A stretch of DNA of 64,000 nt from the human T2T-CHM13v2.0 reference genome, Homo sapiens, in NCBI RefSeq assembly GCF_009914755.1, contig NC_060930.1, one strand, 5' to 3'. The notes beneath the pieces are model-generated. The model was not told the DNA's origin. It saw nothing but the letters and a program-made list of their open reading frames with translations, and made no database searches. The translations under genes and the position numbers were made by a program. Shown piece after piece: positions 43,871 to 58,413 of the stretch. Every line of letters starts with the position of its first letter. Position 1 is the first letter of the stretch.

Positions 43871-44147
43871 GGCAGGGCGAGGTGGCTCATGCCTGTAATC
43901 CCAGCACTTTGGGAGGCCGAAGCGGGCGGATCACGAGGTCAGGAGATGAGACCATCCTGGCTAACACGGTGAAACCGTGTCTCTACTGAAAATACAAAAA
44001 ATTAGCCGGGCGCGATGGCGGGCGCCTGTGGGCGGCTGAGGCAGGAGAATGGTGTGAACCCAAGAGGCGGAGCTTGCAGTAAGCTGAGATCGCGCCACTG
44101 CACTCCAGCCTGGGCGACAGAGCGAGACTCCGTCTCAAAAAAAAAAA
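43871..44147 (+). mobile_element. AluY with a deletion of about 14 nt in the right arm
   Basis: ggatcacgagg, gaccatcctggctaacacgg and ggagcttgcag variants; TSD aaaaattggg at 43861-43870 and 44148-44157. Confidence 0.93.
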
Positions 44148-44196
44148 AAAAATTGGGAAGGGGTCTGGGTTGAGGTACAAAGGCAGCCTTTCATAC

Positions 44197-44345
44197 CTTA
44201 GTATAAGTCCAGCTTCCCAGAAGTTGTGCATATTTCCACTGAATGATGTATTTTACTCCAGAGAAGTTTGCAGATTTCCATCGTAATGTCATATTGTGGC
44301 TTCCAATGGAAGAAGCAAAGGGAGCAGTTGGAAGGTCTGCATTTT
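44197..44345 (-). CDS. ROS1: ROS1 exon 5 (149 nt), (E)NADLPTAPF...GSWTYTK, FN3 repeat 1
   Basis: Acceptor ccccag|AA, donor AAG|gtatga; phase 1 to 0. Confidence 0.95.
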
Positions 44346-45921
44346 CTGGGGAAAAAACAAGATTTCACTCACCACACACTCCTGTCCATCAGCGCAAGAG
44401 AGTGTGTGCCTCTCTCATCTAGGGCTCTCCGTATTCTCTTGCTAAAACTGCATCTTGCCACAATAACTCACTTGAATAATCAATGGTATGCATATTCAGT
44501 TTATTTTAAAAAATCAATCAGTCAGTCTGTCAGTCTTTTTTCTACAGAATTTATTGTTATCTTTGAACACAGTATTTTTTTGTTCAGGTTTTGCTTTTAC
44601 AGGCAGATGACACAGAGGGTTCTGAGCTGTCCAGTTTTATCTTACAATACCACTCTCTTACAGGCCGGGGGAGCCAATGCTCAGAGCATGTCTGTGGCAC
44701 AACAGAACCATCCATTATCCTGGGATGTGTACCCCAATATATTTCTGAAATTTTATACTCTAATTCTACTATTGCTGTGCATCTTAACAAGAAATTATTT
44801 TTTATATGTACAGAGCAATTGCCTTTACTCCAAAGGACACTATGATTGGCTGTTTCACATTATAAAATATTTCAGGACATCTAAACATTAGACTATTACA
44901 ATTGGCAGCAATTTCTCAGGTGCTGCTTGCCAGGCATGGTACTAAGGGCTAGATTTCTGAATGGTATGTCACTGGGATGAAATGATTTTACTCTACTTTT
45001 TATATTTTTCCAAAATTGTGATGAATTTAATGCTTCTGCTTTCTTTTATAGAAACAAAATCAGCACTCTGGTTGAGAAAGCATGGTAAATTTGGTAGGGA
45101 GCTTAAAATGGTTAATTACAAACTCCTGGGACCTTACTCTGGTTAAGAGAAAATTGACGCAATTCTCATCATTACCAACACCAGACACGGACCAAATAAA
45201 GTCTATACTCTGTAATCCAGAAAAATCAAGGCCATTGTCATCCGAGGACCTAGCCCACAAAGAGGCCTAGCACAACCCTTCTCTGCTTATTCTTCTTTTT
45301 ATAGTTCATTTTTGACTATTATAACTGAATAAGCAAAGCACAGCTCCATTTTCCTTCCCTTTCTTGTTGTGAGACTCTCAATAGCAGGAATTAGGTATGC
45401 TGTGGACACCTTGAAGGGGAGTCCAATGATGGAGTTGTCAGCAGAGTGAGGAAAAATAACTAGGAGGCATCAGAAATGACAAAAGTTGAGAACTGGGCAG
45501 ATGTGATCAGTTATATAAGTACAAGTAAATGTAAATATCATAGCTAAACATAGACATATTTCAAAGCCATGGTGATACATATGAAAATAAAAAAGGTAAA
45601 GTAGGTTTATGCTAAAATATCAAGGCAAAGAGAGAGCCAAATGAAAAAGGGAAGCTAGACTGAGCTCCATCCTATTTTCAGTACATGGCACAGTGGGTAA
45701 GAAAAGGCTCTGTTACCAGGCAGCTGGGTTATAATTTCAGAGATATCCCTTACCAGCTATGTGGCCTCAAGCAAGTATATAAACTTTGTGCCTCAATTTT
45801 CTCACCTGTAAAATGAGGTTAATAATAGTATGTATAACTCTGAGGACAAAAGGAGCTAATACATATTAATTAATGAGAAAAGTGGTCAACTCATAAATGC
45901 CTAATAAAAAATAGCTATTTT

Positions 45922-46140
45922 TGGCCAGGCATGGTGGCTCATGCCTAGCTACTCAGGAGGCTGAGGCAGGAGGACTGCTTGAACTCAGGAGTTTGAGGTT
46001 ACAGTGAGCTGTGATTGTGCCCCTGTACTCCAGCCTGGGTGACAGAATGAGACTCTGTCTCTCTCTTTCTCTCTCTCATATATATATATACACACACACA
46101 TATACATGCATACATATTTTGTATATGCAAATATATATGT
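45922..46140 (+). mobile_element. Old Alu monomer (FRAM/FAM-like) with a (TC)n(TA)n(CA)n tail
   Basis: Single-arm Alu, ggccaggcatggtggctcatgcc...gagactctgtctc, then compound microsatellite. Confidence 0.8.
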
Positions 46141-47546
46141 TTATTTATTTATTTATTATGTTATTAGCTATTTATTTAATATGTTATTAGCTATTACCAT
46201 TTTCCATCATGTGAAAAGAGATATGGGAGGTATCTAAAATGAACGTAGCATACTCACCGATAAATGACCTAGAAATCAGATGTGTTAAAGACAAATAAGG
46301 TCTTAGGATCATGGATGAAAGGATTCATTATAACAGACTATAGATATGGTCTTTAAGTACAAATGTCTTTATTTAGACTTGGTACATCTCATTTGTTAGT
46401 GGTACATAGACATTGATCCATAGCCAATGAGAAAATAAAAATAAAGCATTGATTACACTTGTATTCTAACAGAATTGTATAATTAAGTTGGTAATATAAT
46501 TTTAGAATATAATAAAGGAATGTAAATAAAAGATTCCACACTTCCTCAGTTCTGGTGTCCTTAGTTTCTCAGAAATTTTTTTATGGTTCCCTGAACCAAA
46601 AGAATTCTCTAACAGTTCAACTTTTTAAGTAGTATCACTTAATAAGTATGTGTTAATAGTCAATTTGGTATCTAAAAATTTGGTAGATATTTGAAACAAA
46701 TAAGAAATTGAAAGATAAAACTGTATATTTATTTCATCTTTAAATAAAAATAATTGCATGCTAATGGGGCCTGTGTACCTGTTGGGCACTGCACAACTCC
46801 TCCAATCTTATGATCAGATTGGGTATCACCATCCAACAGATTTCACATATCTCTGTGTTTACCTTGAGTGTTTAAAATACTCCATGGCTCCTCATGAGAT
46901 TGCTGTAATGGCCTGGAGCACATCAGTGCACAGCTTGGAAACCATAAAATATACATTTTATCCACAGCTAATTCCCGTGACACAGAAAAAAAAAATGTAA
47001 TATCACTACCTCTCCACAGAAACGTCTAGGGTGTCTTTTGTGGGACACTAAAGGGCAGAAGCAAATCAGAACAGCAAGATAAGTTTCCCCTTCCAATTTC
47101 CATCAGCCACTGAGAGCAAGGAACAAGCCACTGAGTCAAGAACTACAACATATGGAAGAGCCAAGCATCCTTCAGACTTAAGGGAACTGTCTACAGCTCG
47201 GTGGGAGGATGCCCTAGGGAATTCTGGAAATGATATCTGCTGACATCCAAGCCATGACTTATCAAAGCGCTGGCCTGTTAGAAACTACTAGAGAGTTAAC
47301 ACACTAAGGCAAAGCTACTTTGACATGCCCAACCTATGCTGAAATCAGGCAGAGGGAGCTGATAAACACCCAAGCCCCCTACTTGCTCAAAATCTAACAC
47401 TGAGAAGCATACCTTCTGTACCTTTTACAAATTTCTAGAGCCTTTTGGGGAGTCATACACACAGTACGCACTCTATAGGATAACTTTTAGCTGAATAATG
47501 AAAGGTGCATTCAATACAATATGCCTATACTTTCCAGTCATTAAAA

Positions 47547-49165
<1,619 letters not shown>

Positions 49166-49499
49166 ACAGTGGCATTCTCTGACATCAAGTCTGCTCAGGA
49201 TGTACATTTGTCTGTCATTAAGAGAGAAGTGAGTGTACCTACTGAACTTGAGGACAAAATCTGGTCCTAAACATTAGTCATGTACTGTTTACTCTGTTTT
49301 GTTCTGAAAGAAGAATCTTGCTGAATTTTATCAGAATGGCCTATACATTTGAAATTATTGAATTCTCTAAATAGATATTTTTGATCATATTGAGATGCAG
49401 AAATCAAGATGTTTTGAGAGGTGTTTCGTTATCTTTACATAAGTACAAGTCACTAGAGTGGTGCAGCCTATTTTTTAAAAGTCGTGTGTGTCCTCTTAC

Positions 49500-49560
49500 C
49501 CAGTACTTCCTCTTCATATGCACCTTCCGCGCTGCTACAGCCAACCTCACACGACTCCCG
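49500..49560 (-). CDS. ROS1: ROS1 exon 4 (61 nt), RESCEVGCSSAEGAYEEEVL
   Basis: Acceptor ccacag|CGG, donor TGG|gtaaga; phase 0 to 1. Confidence 0.95.
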
Positions 49561-51128
49561 CTGTGGAAGACAGGGAGCATGACAGTCAGGGCAGCCTTGA
49601 TACTGGTTTTGCTGATAAGCTTCAACTAAATTTTAAAATCCGAATGCCTAATAGGCAAGTATATCTTTGACCAATATACGAGTAAATCTTTGAAATCGGA
49701 GTGCCTAATACGCAAGTACATCTTTATGTCAACTATTTCCCCTGCAGTAAAATTCCCACTTGCTAGACTGGCATTTCCCAAACTTTTGACCATGCTCCAT
49801 AGCAAAAAATAATTTAACAAAACAACTTAGTACACACATACATGTTGAAAAAAAGATTCCTCAAATGATCCTTACTTTTCCCATCATTTTTAGAAGTTTT
49901 ATTGAAATATATTCACCTGCCATAAACTCACTTATTTAAAGTACACGGTTCAGTGCTGTTAGAATATTCAGAGTTGTGCAATAATCACCACAATCTAATT
50001 TTAGAACATTTTCGTTGTCCCCAAAAGAAACCCCTTGTCTCTGATGTGCTCTTATATGTACAATGATATTCTATTCTATTGTTTCATTTTGTTTAATGTG
50101 ACTCTTGGTTGGCTGAATTGATTTGACGACCCTCTAATGTGTCACATCGTATGGTTTGAAAAAACACTGAGCTTAGCAGTACAATTATCTGCTTGCCATT
50201 TTGGTCAATGTTTTAATGAGCTTAAAATCTAAAACTTTAGAGTAAAATGATGCTTAGGGATTACCTATTTATTTTATATATCCCGGTCTTCCTTGGAAAA
50301 TTAAAAGTGGACTATAAATTTGTAGAGTAGCTGAATATTTCAATGAATATCTTTATACCAATGCTGAGTTTTAAAATCTATGAAAACTTAATGATATTTA
50401 CATTTTATCTCATTAATGGAAAACACAGTACATAATTTGATGACTGAAACACAAATTTCCTGCAACTCTTAACAGATGCATTAACATCAGCTACAAAACA
50501 CACACACACATACTTGCAGAAAAGGCGCATATTGTAAAACTACAACACAATCATGATCAATCTTCCTGCTGTCTTTCAACTTGTAACTATAATACCTAGG
50601 ACAACATGCTATTGTTTCTCATGGTAATAGCGGAAAGCAGGCACAATACATTTGCCCTAAAAAGAAGAGCTATAACTTGCAAACATGAACAGTTCAATGA
50701 TTGATCTGCATACTAAAAGGAACGGTGCCTGATAAGCCCAGGTTTGCTTAGGTAAGGATTAATTTAAATACCTCAGTTTGGGTTTGGAATTATTTAATTT
50801 CAAGATTTAGTATACGTTTCGCATCCTGTTTACATATTTTAGTGAAGCCTTCAACATATTTATGAACTGCAGAGAATAAACAAACCAATTCACAGCAAAA
50901 TTATTATATAACATGAGGGGTTTTTTTCCAAAAAAGAAAACTGAGGAGAAGAGACGAGATGTATTTGGAAATACAGATTATTTTGAAATATAGGTAGTCT
51001 TGACAATCAGGAGAAATTGTGGTCCTGTTTTTTCTGATATTTTCAGGGGAAATCGATAATAAAATTCCCATCCTTCTGGGAGTTTAAAAGTTATCTCAAG
51101 TGGAGGCAAAGCTAACTACTACGTTTCC

Positions 51129-51225
51129 TTCTCTCAATCTCTCTCTCTCTCTCTCTTTCTCTCTCTCCCTCCCTCCCTCCCACTCTCTCCATCCCCCCAC
51201 TCCTTTCACCTCCCTTCACCCCGCC
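51129..51225. repeat. (CT)n / C-rich polypyrimidine tract
   Basis: ctctctct...ccctccctcc run. Confidence 0.85.
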
Positions 51226-52485
51226 CTGAACCATGGTGGCAATTCAACATTGGACTTCAAATAAAGTTATCCAGTGTTTCTCAAGCTTGAGTTGCCTAGA
51301 GAGAATCTAAAGATGGTTGGATTTAAGGAATTTACAGAATCTGAGCCTGAAGCCTCTGGATGGGACATTCATGTGGAATATTCCACGTTACTGAGCTGCC
51401 ATTCCCACAGTGGAGGCCAAGTATACTCTTCCAGGGGCTACATCAGCTTGCTCTCTCCGTTCCCCCACATTCCCATCTTCCTCATCGTAGTCAGTCCATC
51501 TTTATTGTCCCTCTGGCTCCACCCTTGGTTTCCCAGACTGGCACACAGGCTGCCAGTGCCCTTTCCAGCTTCTGTAACACTAGGAAGCCTCGCCCACTGC
51601 CCTCCATATGAACTGAGGCATTGTTCCCTTAAAAATTATTCATTCATTCATTCAAGAATATTTGAACAATTGGCCTTTTTCATGCCAAGCATGGTTTTGG
51701 GATCTAAGAATATGACAGTAAGCAAGAAAGTTAAACTCCCTGCCTTACAGGACTTCCCTTAGAAGGAGGTAGATAATAACTGAGTGACAAATTTTTAAAA
51801 AGAAAAAATAATTCTGATAATGAAAATTGCTAGGACGAAAATAAGTCAAAGGCACAGGTATAACTAGGCAGAGAAGGAGACTTTATTAGGGTGATCCAAG
51901 CCAAGACTTCAGTCATTAGGAGGAGCTGGGCTTGCAGAGATCTGGGCAAAAGCAGAAGCAACAGCACGATGAAAACTTTGAGGCAGGAATGTGTCTTCTA
52001 TGTCAAGAAAGAGGGAAAGGTCAGTATGGCCAGCACAGAGACCAAGGGGAGAGTATGAGATGAAGTCAAGACAGGCAGGCAGTGGAGCTGGTAGACCTTT
52101 GTATTTTGTAATTTTTTCCAAAGAGCAGTAAAAAGCCATTGAAATGTTTCAGGTACAATAAGATCAATTGGCTATAATAAGATCTATTTTGACTATTTTA
52201 TATTACATATATAAATATATATGTATATATATTCTTTTGTTTCATTCTATATATAGCTATATAGCCAAAGGCCAAGATGCAATGATAAGATCTAATTTGT
52301 GTTTTAATTATCAGGGACAAGCCATCTCACTAGCCATCGTCATTTTCCAAGTTCTATTTCACTGAGCTATCACTTTCAAGATTATTCTTTCCAAGAAATA
52401 TGAATTGCAAAAATGACAAGCTTCCTACGTTCAAACATCAATGAGTAAGGAGTTTGATTTCCTAAAGGTGTGGATAACTGAGGTG

Positions 52486-52539
52486 ATAGATAGATAGATA
52501 GGTACATAGATAGATAGACAGATAGATAGATAGATAGAT
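52486..52539. repeat. Interrupted (GATA)n tetranucleotide repeat
   Basis: gatagatagatagata ggtacata gatagatagaca gatagata... Confidence 0.9.
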
Positions 52540-53174
52540 ATACACATAGCATGTATTCCTGTTCAGTTCTACTTTATTTAAAGTGAAACATTTTAAAGTG
52601 TAAAATAGCAAAGTATAAAGAGAAAGAATAGTTATACAAGTTATAACACTGAGAGGAAAGATTTACACTATATAATCACAGAAAACTGAGCAGCATAATG
52701 ATTAACAAAGAATTAGCACATTACAGATCTAATCCTGGGCTGCTTCGATGCTTTAAAGGCTCTCTCTCCCTGATTTTCCTGACACTGGTACATTTATCCT
52801 AGGGACTATTCTTTGGGGGTAATTTTGCTTTCATCACATAAAAGGATTTGCAGGCAATTTTTTTTTCTATCTCAATGAGGAGAGACCTTTGTCTCTTTAC
52901 ATATGGGTGACTTTTCTCCTCTGTTTTCTGTCTCTCTTCTTAGCCAACCCTCACCTCCACCCATTCCCAAGAAAAATTGCTCAGATGCAATTTTTATAAC
53001 CAACCAGTAACAACTGAGAAAACATGCCAATTTAATTTTTTGTTTGTATTTTTGCTCTCTATTAAGAGGGAATTTTTTCTGTTTTACTAATGAAGGATAA
53101 TTTATACTGCTTCCCCAGGCTTCTGGTTACCAGTTTCAAGGATATTTAAAAAAGAATACAACATAGGTTTTAAA

Positions 53175-53303
53175 GTTTTTTTTCTTTAGGGGACAGTCGT
53201 GCTATGTTTCCCAGGATGCTCTCAAACTCCTGACCTCCAGCAATCCTCCTACTTGAACCTCCGAAGTAGCTGGGACTACAGGTGCACACCACCATACCCA
53301 GCC
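53175..53303 (-). mobile_element. FLAM-type Alu monomer
   Basis: About 130-nt monomer; perfect 15-bp TSD aacataggttttaaa at 53160-53174 and 53304-53318. Confidence 0.88.
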
Positions 53304-53605
53304 AACATAGGTTTTAAACTGATAAATAATGTAGCTTCTTCATATCATCTATTGTCAAATAACCTTATTTTGAAGGGATGAAATACAGGACAGGTAAGTT
53401 CAGCTGAAGACTAAGTAGGAAACATCAAAACGTCAAGGTCTCTTTGAAAGAGAGAAAATCAAGTGTAGCAGAGGTTGCTTAGAGCACCATAAGGACACCT
53501 GGGCAGGGCAGTGTGAGACATTACTTACCATTGGGAGAAGGGGTGGGTAGAAGCTGTCTTGCAAAATGTTGGCAAAGGATTTTGTTGCACAAGAAAGAAA
53601 ATTAC

Positions 53606-54011
<406 letters not shown>

Positions 54012-54432
54012 CTATATTTAATGATAGAGCACTATACATTGTGGGGAAGAAAATGGAATCAGCAGAGATATCTCTGAATGTGCCTCTTCCTTCTCTCCCC
54101 TCCATTACCCCAACTCCAACTCTGCCCAGGGTCCAGGGATTATAACCTCCCAAACCAGATTAGAGTAATATATATGCAAATGGTGAATGTGTGTGTATGC
54201 ACATAGGAACATATATATTATATACATGCACATAGATACATAAAACAGTAAATATTTGTGCCAAAATGGAATTTTACAGTCATCTGTATACTCAGAGTAA
54301 TAACACTTTGAGGAAGAATGTCTCAGTGCACTGAGAATTTTAGGTTTCTTCACCCCTATTTTAAAAGCTTTTTAGAGACCAGAGATGAAGACATGTGGCT
54401 TGATTACATCTTTTTTGTGATTGCCAACTCAC

Positions 54433-54459
54433 CTCACAAACGGTGGCATAAGTATCATT
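54433..54459 (-). CDS. ROS1: ROS1 27-nt in-frame microexon between classic exons 3 and 4, NDTYATVCE
   Basis: Acceptor cttttttttttctatgcag|AAT, donor GAG|gtgagt; phase 0 to 0, matching both neighbours; no stop codon. Confidence 0.88.
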
Positions 54460-55699
54460 CTGCATAGAAAAAAAAAAGACTACTTAAAATCTTGAAAGTT
54501 GTAAATAATTTTAGTGACACTGAGCTGTACAATCATTTCAAATTAATTTATTGCCCCACCATTGATAAACAACCAAAAAAACAACAGAAACAAGGGAGCC
54601 CAGAGCAGGACCCCCTGTCTAGGCAGGACACTGTATAAGCAGCTCTAAAAATTAAGCTGTTTGCATCACTGGAAAAATGGGAGAATATGATGTCCACCAG
54701 AAAAATCTCAGCAGGCTGAGGTAATCTGTGGTGGACCAAGTTAAGAGAGTGAAGGAGTATTTGCAAATGCCAAAGGTAAATAGAACAGGAAATGAAAACC
54801 ACCAATAGCTCTTGCTAGCAAAGGACAGCAGATTCCTCTGCCCATGCTGGCCGCTGCAGCAGCCACACAGCCTCCTGGATTGTTTCCCAGCAACAAATGG
54901 TGCTTCCCATTCATTCCTTCAGCAAATGTTGACTGAGCAGCTGCTATATGCCCTGCACTGTATTCAGTGCAAGAGATAACAATCTAAAAAAGACAGACAG
55001 CATCCTGCCCCAACACAGCTTACATGTTGGGATAAAAGATACTAAACACACAACTAGACAACTTATTTGTTTGAGTTGCAATTTCTGAGAAATATTTAAT
55101 AGCCACTAAGTCCAGATAGCACATGCTGTACCTTTTGGTAACTTCCATTCTGTGAGGCACTCAGTCACAAATGTGAGAGTGGGCATAGGTAACTGCTATA
55201 ATAGAACTTTGCAAGGACACACTATATAAGTAAAACTATGAATATACTCTAAAAACTATGTATATAAAAAGAGGTTAATGCATTATTTAAATCTCAATGT
55301 TATAATTTAACTCATTAATAGAAAATGACATTAGGATTCCCCAGCATTACCACAATTCTTATTGATTTAACCCCTGACCTGAACAACCTAAACAAGGGAA
55401 CCCACTTTTAAAAGGCAAAATTCTTAATCATGTGATCAGAGTAGTTACAACACGACAGGCTCTATCTTTAGGAGAAAGATTCTGTTATTATCCTAAAATG
55501 GATGAAGAATGTAAAGTACCAAGGGGTTAAGTACCTTAAGTTACACACTGAGTGGCAAAAGCCAGGCTACATAATAAAATGAAAAATAAAGTATCTGGGG
55601 ATGTATTTCCTACATAAAGGGGAGTAAACCAGGTGTTTACGGCCCTGAGTTAGACACCTACTATATTTCCTGCATAGAAACTTTGAACATGACCTACGG

Positions 55700-55860
55700 C
55701 CCTGGTATCCAAAATGTGGTCTGGGAACCACCAGCATTGCAACACCTGGGAGCTTGTTACAAGTGCAGAATCTCAGGCTCCACCCAAGACCTATTGAATC
55801 AGAATCAGCATTTTAATAAGATCCCAGATAATTGCACATTAAAATTTGAGACGCATAGGC
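55700..55860 (+). mobile_element. MER5A
   Basis: cagcattgcaacacctgggagcttgttacaagtgcagaatctcaggctccacccaagacctattgaatcagaatc. Confidence 0.8.
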
Positions 55861-56170
55861 CTAGGAAATTTAACAAATACCGGAGATTCTACTAAAAAAC
55901 ATTTATAGTTTTGGAGCGATTGAACATCCCTGGGTTCTGTTATTGGCAATAACCTTCCGTGACCTCTAGTCACATTAAAAATGTTAATCTCAATCTCTTT
56001 TCCATTACTATGTATTATCCAGGCTATTGGTTTTTTAGTTTTGTTTTGTTTTGTCTTAGGGTCAAGCAAACTAGTTGAAAGCCAATGGAAATGCAAATGG
56101 GAATCCTCTTACACAAATTTCCTCTTGAAAGAAACATCAGTATCAAAATAGAAATCTAATTAATACTTAC

Positions 56171-56230
56171 ACACTTTAAAGCACAGTTTTTCTGATCTAC
56201 AGAGTTCCAAAAGTGACATCCTTGGATACA
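56171..56230 (-). CDS. ROS1: ROS1 exon 3 (60 nt), CIQGCHFWNSVDQKNCALKC
   Basis: Acceptor ttgcag|TGT, donor TGT|gtaagt; phase 0 to 0. Confidence 0.96.
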
Positions 56231-58368
56231 CTGCAAGAGACAATAACAGACAATGGTGAGTGATTGAAGAAATGTGACTTTTTCTTGTCACCTGAAAGTA
56301 CAATGTAGTAACAAAAGGCATCACTCTGTGTTTTAGAAATAGAAACCTACCAAGAAACCTGAGGCCTCCAAAAGATCCAGGATTTTGGGATTCCAAACAG
56401 AGCTGTCCTATCTACAGGTAGAACAAGTCTTGTGGCTCACTGCAGGGCAGCAGAGTTGCTGAGTGGAGTTAAGCCTGGCATGTGCAGGCCTAGAAGCCAG
56501 AGAACAGCCAACCTTCAGCGAAGACACCGTACACTGGGTAGTTGTCAAAGGTAAAGCCCAGGACAATGTGGCATTGGTATATCCTGGGTCCCTAAGGTGT
56601 CCTCACATATCAAGCAAAACTCAAAACTGGTGATTCAACTAAATGGTAGCATGTCAAACCTAAATAGGTAGACAGTTTGGGGAGTCGGCTGCCTACTAGC
56701 ACCTTTCACCCCACAGCTGCCCTGAAAACCCTGAGTTGCCCTGACCTGCTATCAGACAGATTTGATATATTTCTTCTTACCTTACTTAATTCATCTGTAC
56801 CTGTCTTGACCATTCCCTCCACAGGCCACGGTGGCACCTGGATTCCTTTTTCTTACTTCCTGCTCAGTCTCCTTTGCCATCTCTTTTTGCCTCTCTCCAC
56901 CCCTTTGGTGTTTGTGTTCCATCTTCAGCTTTTTCTCCTCTCACTCTTCTAGTTCTCCCGGAGCGAGTTCATCCCCTACCTCAGCTTCAAGTAATCTGGA
57001 TGTTGATATCCCCCAAACTTCTAACTGCAGCTGAGGCTCCATCCTGAGCTCCAGACCCAGATATCCACTGGCTCATTAGATGTCTCCATTTAAGTTCCTA
57101 CAAGCACTTCAGATCCATCATGTGGAATTCAATTCCTTACTTTCCATCCTCAAATTTGCTCTTTCTCCTGTGTTTCCCATTAACGCGTTACATTCTCCTG
57201 AGTTGTCCAAGCCTGGAACCAGGGTGTTTTCTTCTCTCACCCCACTCTCCCCTCTCATGGAAAACCCATCATGAAGCCCTATTGACTTATCTGGTCATTA
57301 ACTAAAATCCATCTGAGTTCATCACTCACTGCCTCAATTTTCTGTTTTGCCATTTACCACTTGCCAAAAACCTCAGGAAGGACCCCTCTTGTTCCCACAT
57401 TTGGAGTGATCTTTTTAAAACAAAACCTGGTTACACTCTTATCTAAAACTCTGTATGTCTTTCCATCAACTTGTGAGTTAAGACCAACTTAGCAAGCATG
57501 GCAGACAAGGCCCTTCGTAATGTGGCTCCATGTAACTTGGCAATTGGTATGTAACTTGGCAATGGGTCTTCCACTTCCCTACCCTCTATACATGTACCCC
57601 AATTTCCAAGCAAGCTGAAATACTCAGTTTCCTTAACAACTTAGGCTACTTCACACCTTTGTGTCTTGACAAAAAGGGCCTTCTCTGATCGATAGGCTTT
57701 TTCCCCTCTAGTCCATCTGGAAAACTCTTCCTCTTTCTAGTTTTAGTTTGAAGGCCTTGCAGGCAAGTGAGGTGCCTTTTACTCTTGTGTATTCTCTTTT
57801 CACTCCTCACACACACCACAATTCTGGTTCTGATGATGCTGTCTGGCCATAATTTTATGCATATGTCTGTCTCTCTGGTTTTAAGTATGCATCTCAAAAA
57901 GGTTGAGAGTCCTTTTAAACAGAGACCCTATTTTTTTCATTGTTAAGTTTCTAGTTCCTGGCACAGTGCCTTGTGCATGCTTATACCTTAAGTCACTAAA
58001 CACTTGTTAAACAAATGAATACATGTGCAGAACAGTAATAAAACCATAAAATGTCATTGTTAGAAGAAATATTGGAGACGATCTCAAATAACACATAATA
58101 AAACTAAATCTCAGAAAAATTAAGTAATTTGTCCAAAGCCACACATAGAGACAAAATCATGCACTTGGATTGGTCCTGTGCTATTTCCACTTCAACACAC
58201 TTCATTTTTATATAAATTCAGACTTCTCATTATTTTCAATTTGTCTTCTTCCAGCAAGGATAAATGAGATTTTACTTAGCAATTCTTACTGTGATAAAAT
58301 CTGATCATTGTCCCTTCATTATCAACACAAACATTGTAATATTCTTGACAACTGAAGAAATTACTTAC

Positions 58369-58413
58369 CGGTTCACTCAGATTATGTGGTGTGCCAAGGT
58401 CAAGCTGCTGGCC
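58369..58413 (-). CDS. ROS1: ROS1 exon 2 (45 nt), GQQLDLGTPHNLSEP
   Basis: Acceptor tttcag|GGC, donor CCG|gtaagt; inside ORF 58276..58572; phase 0 to 0. Confidence 0.96.

Noticed and set aside
44268-44891. 207-aa plus-strand ORF antisense to exon 5
   Set aside because: Non-ATG start in the track, no recognisable domain, no promoter or splice support; compatible with chance in 64 kb
46545-46990. Possible hAT-type DNA transposon relic (also about 49765-50170)
   Set aside because: Termini are suggestive, but I could not assign a family or boundaries reliably
51274-51762. 162-aa plus-strand ORF
   Set aside because: GTG start; spans MER5-like and L2 fragments; no homology signal
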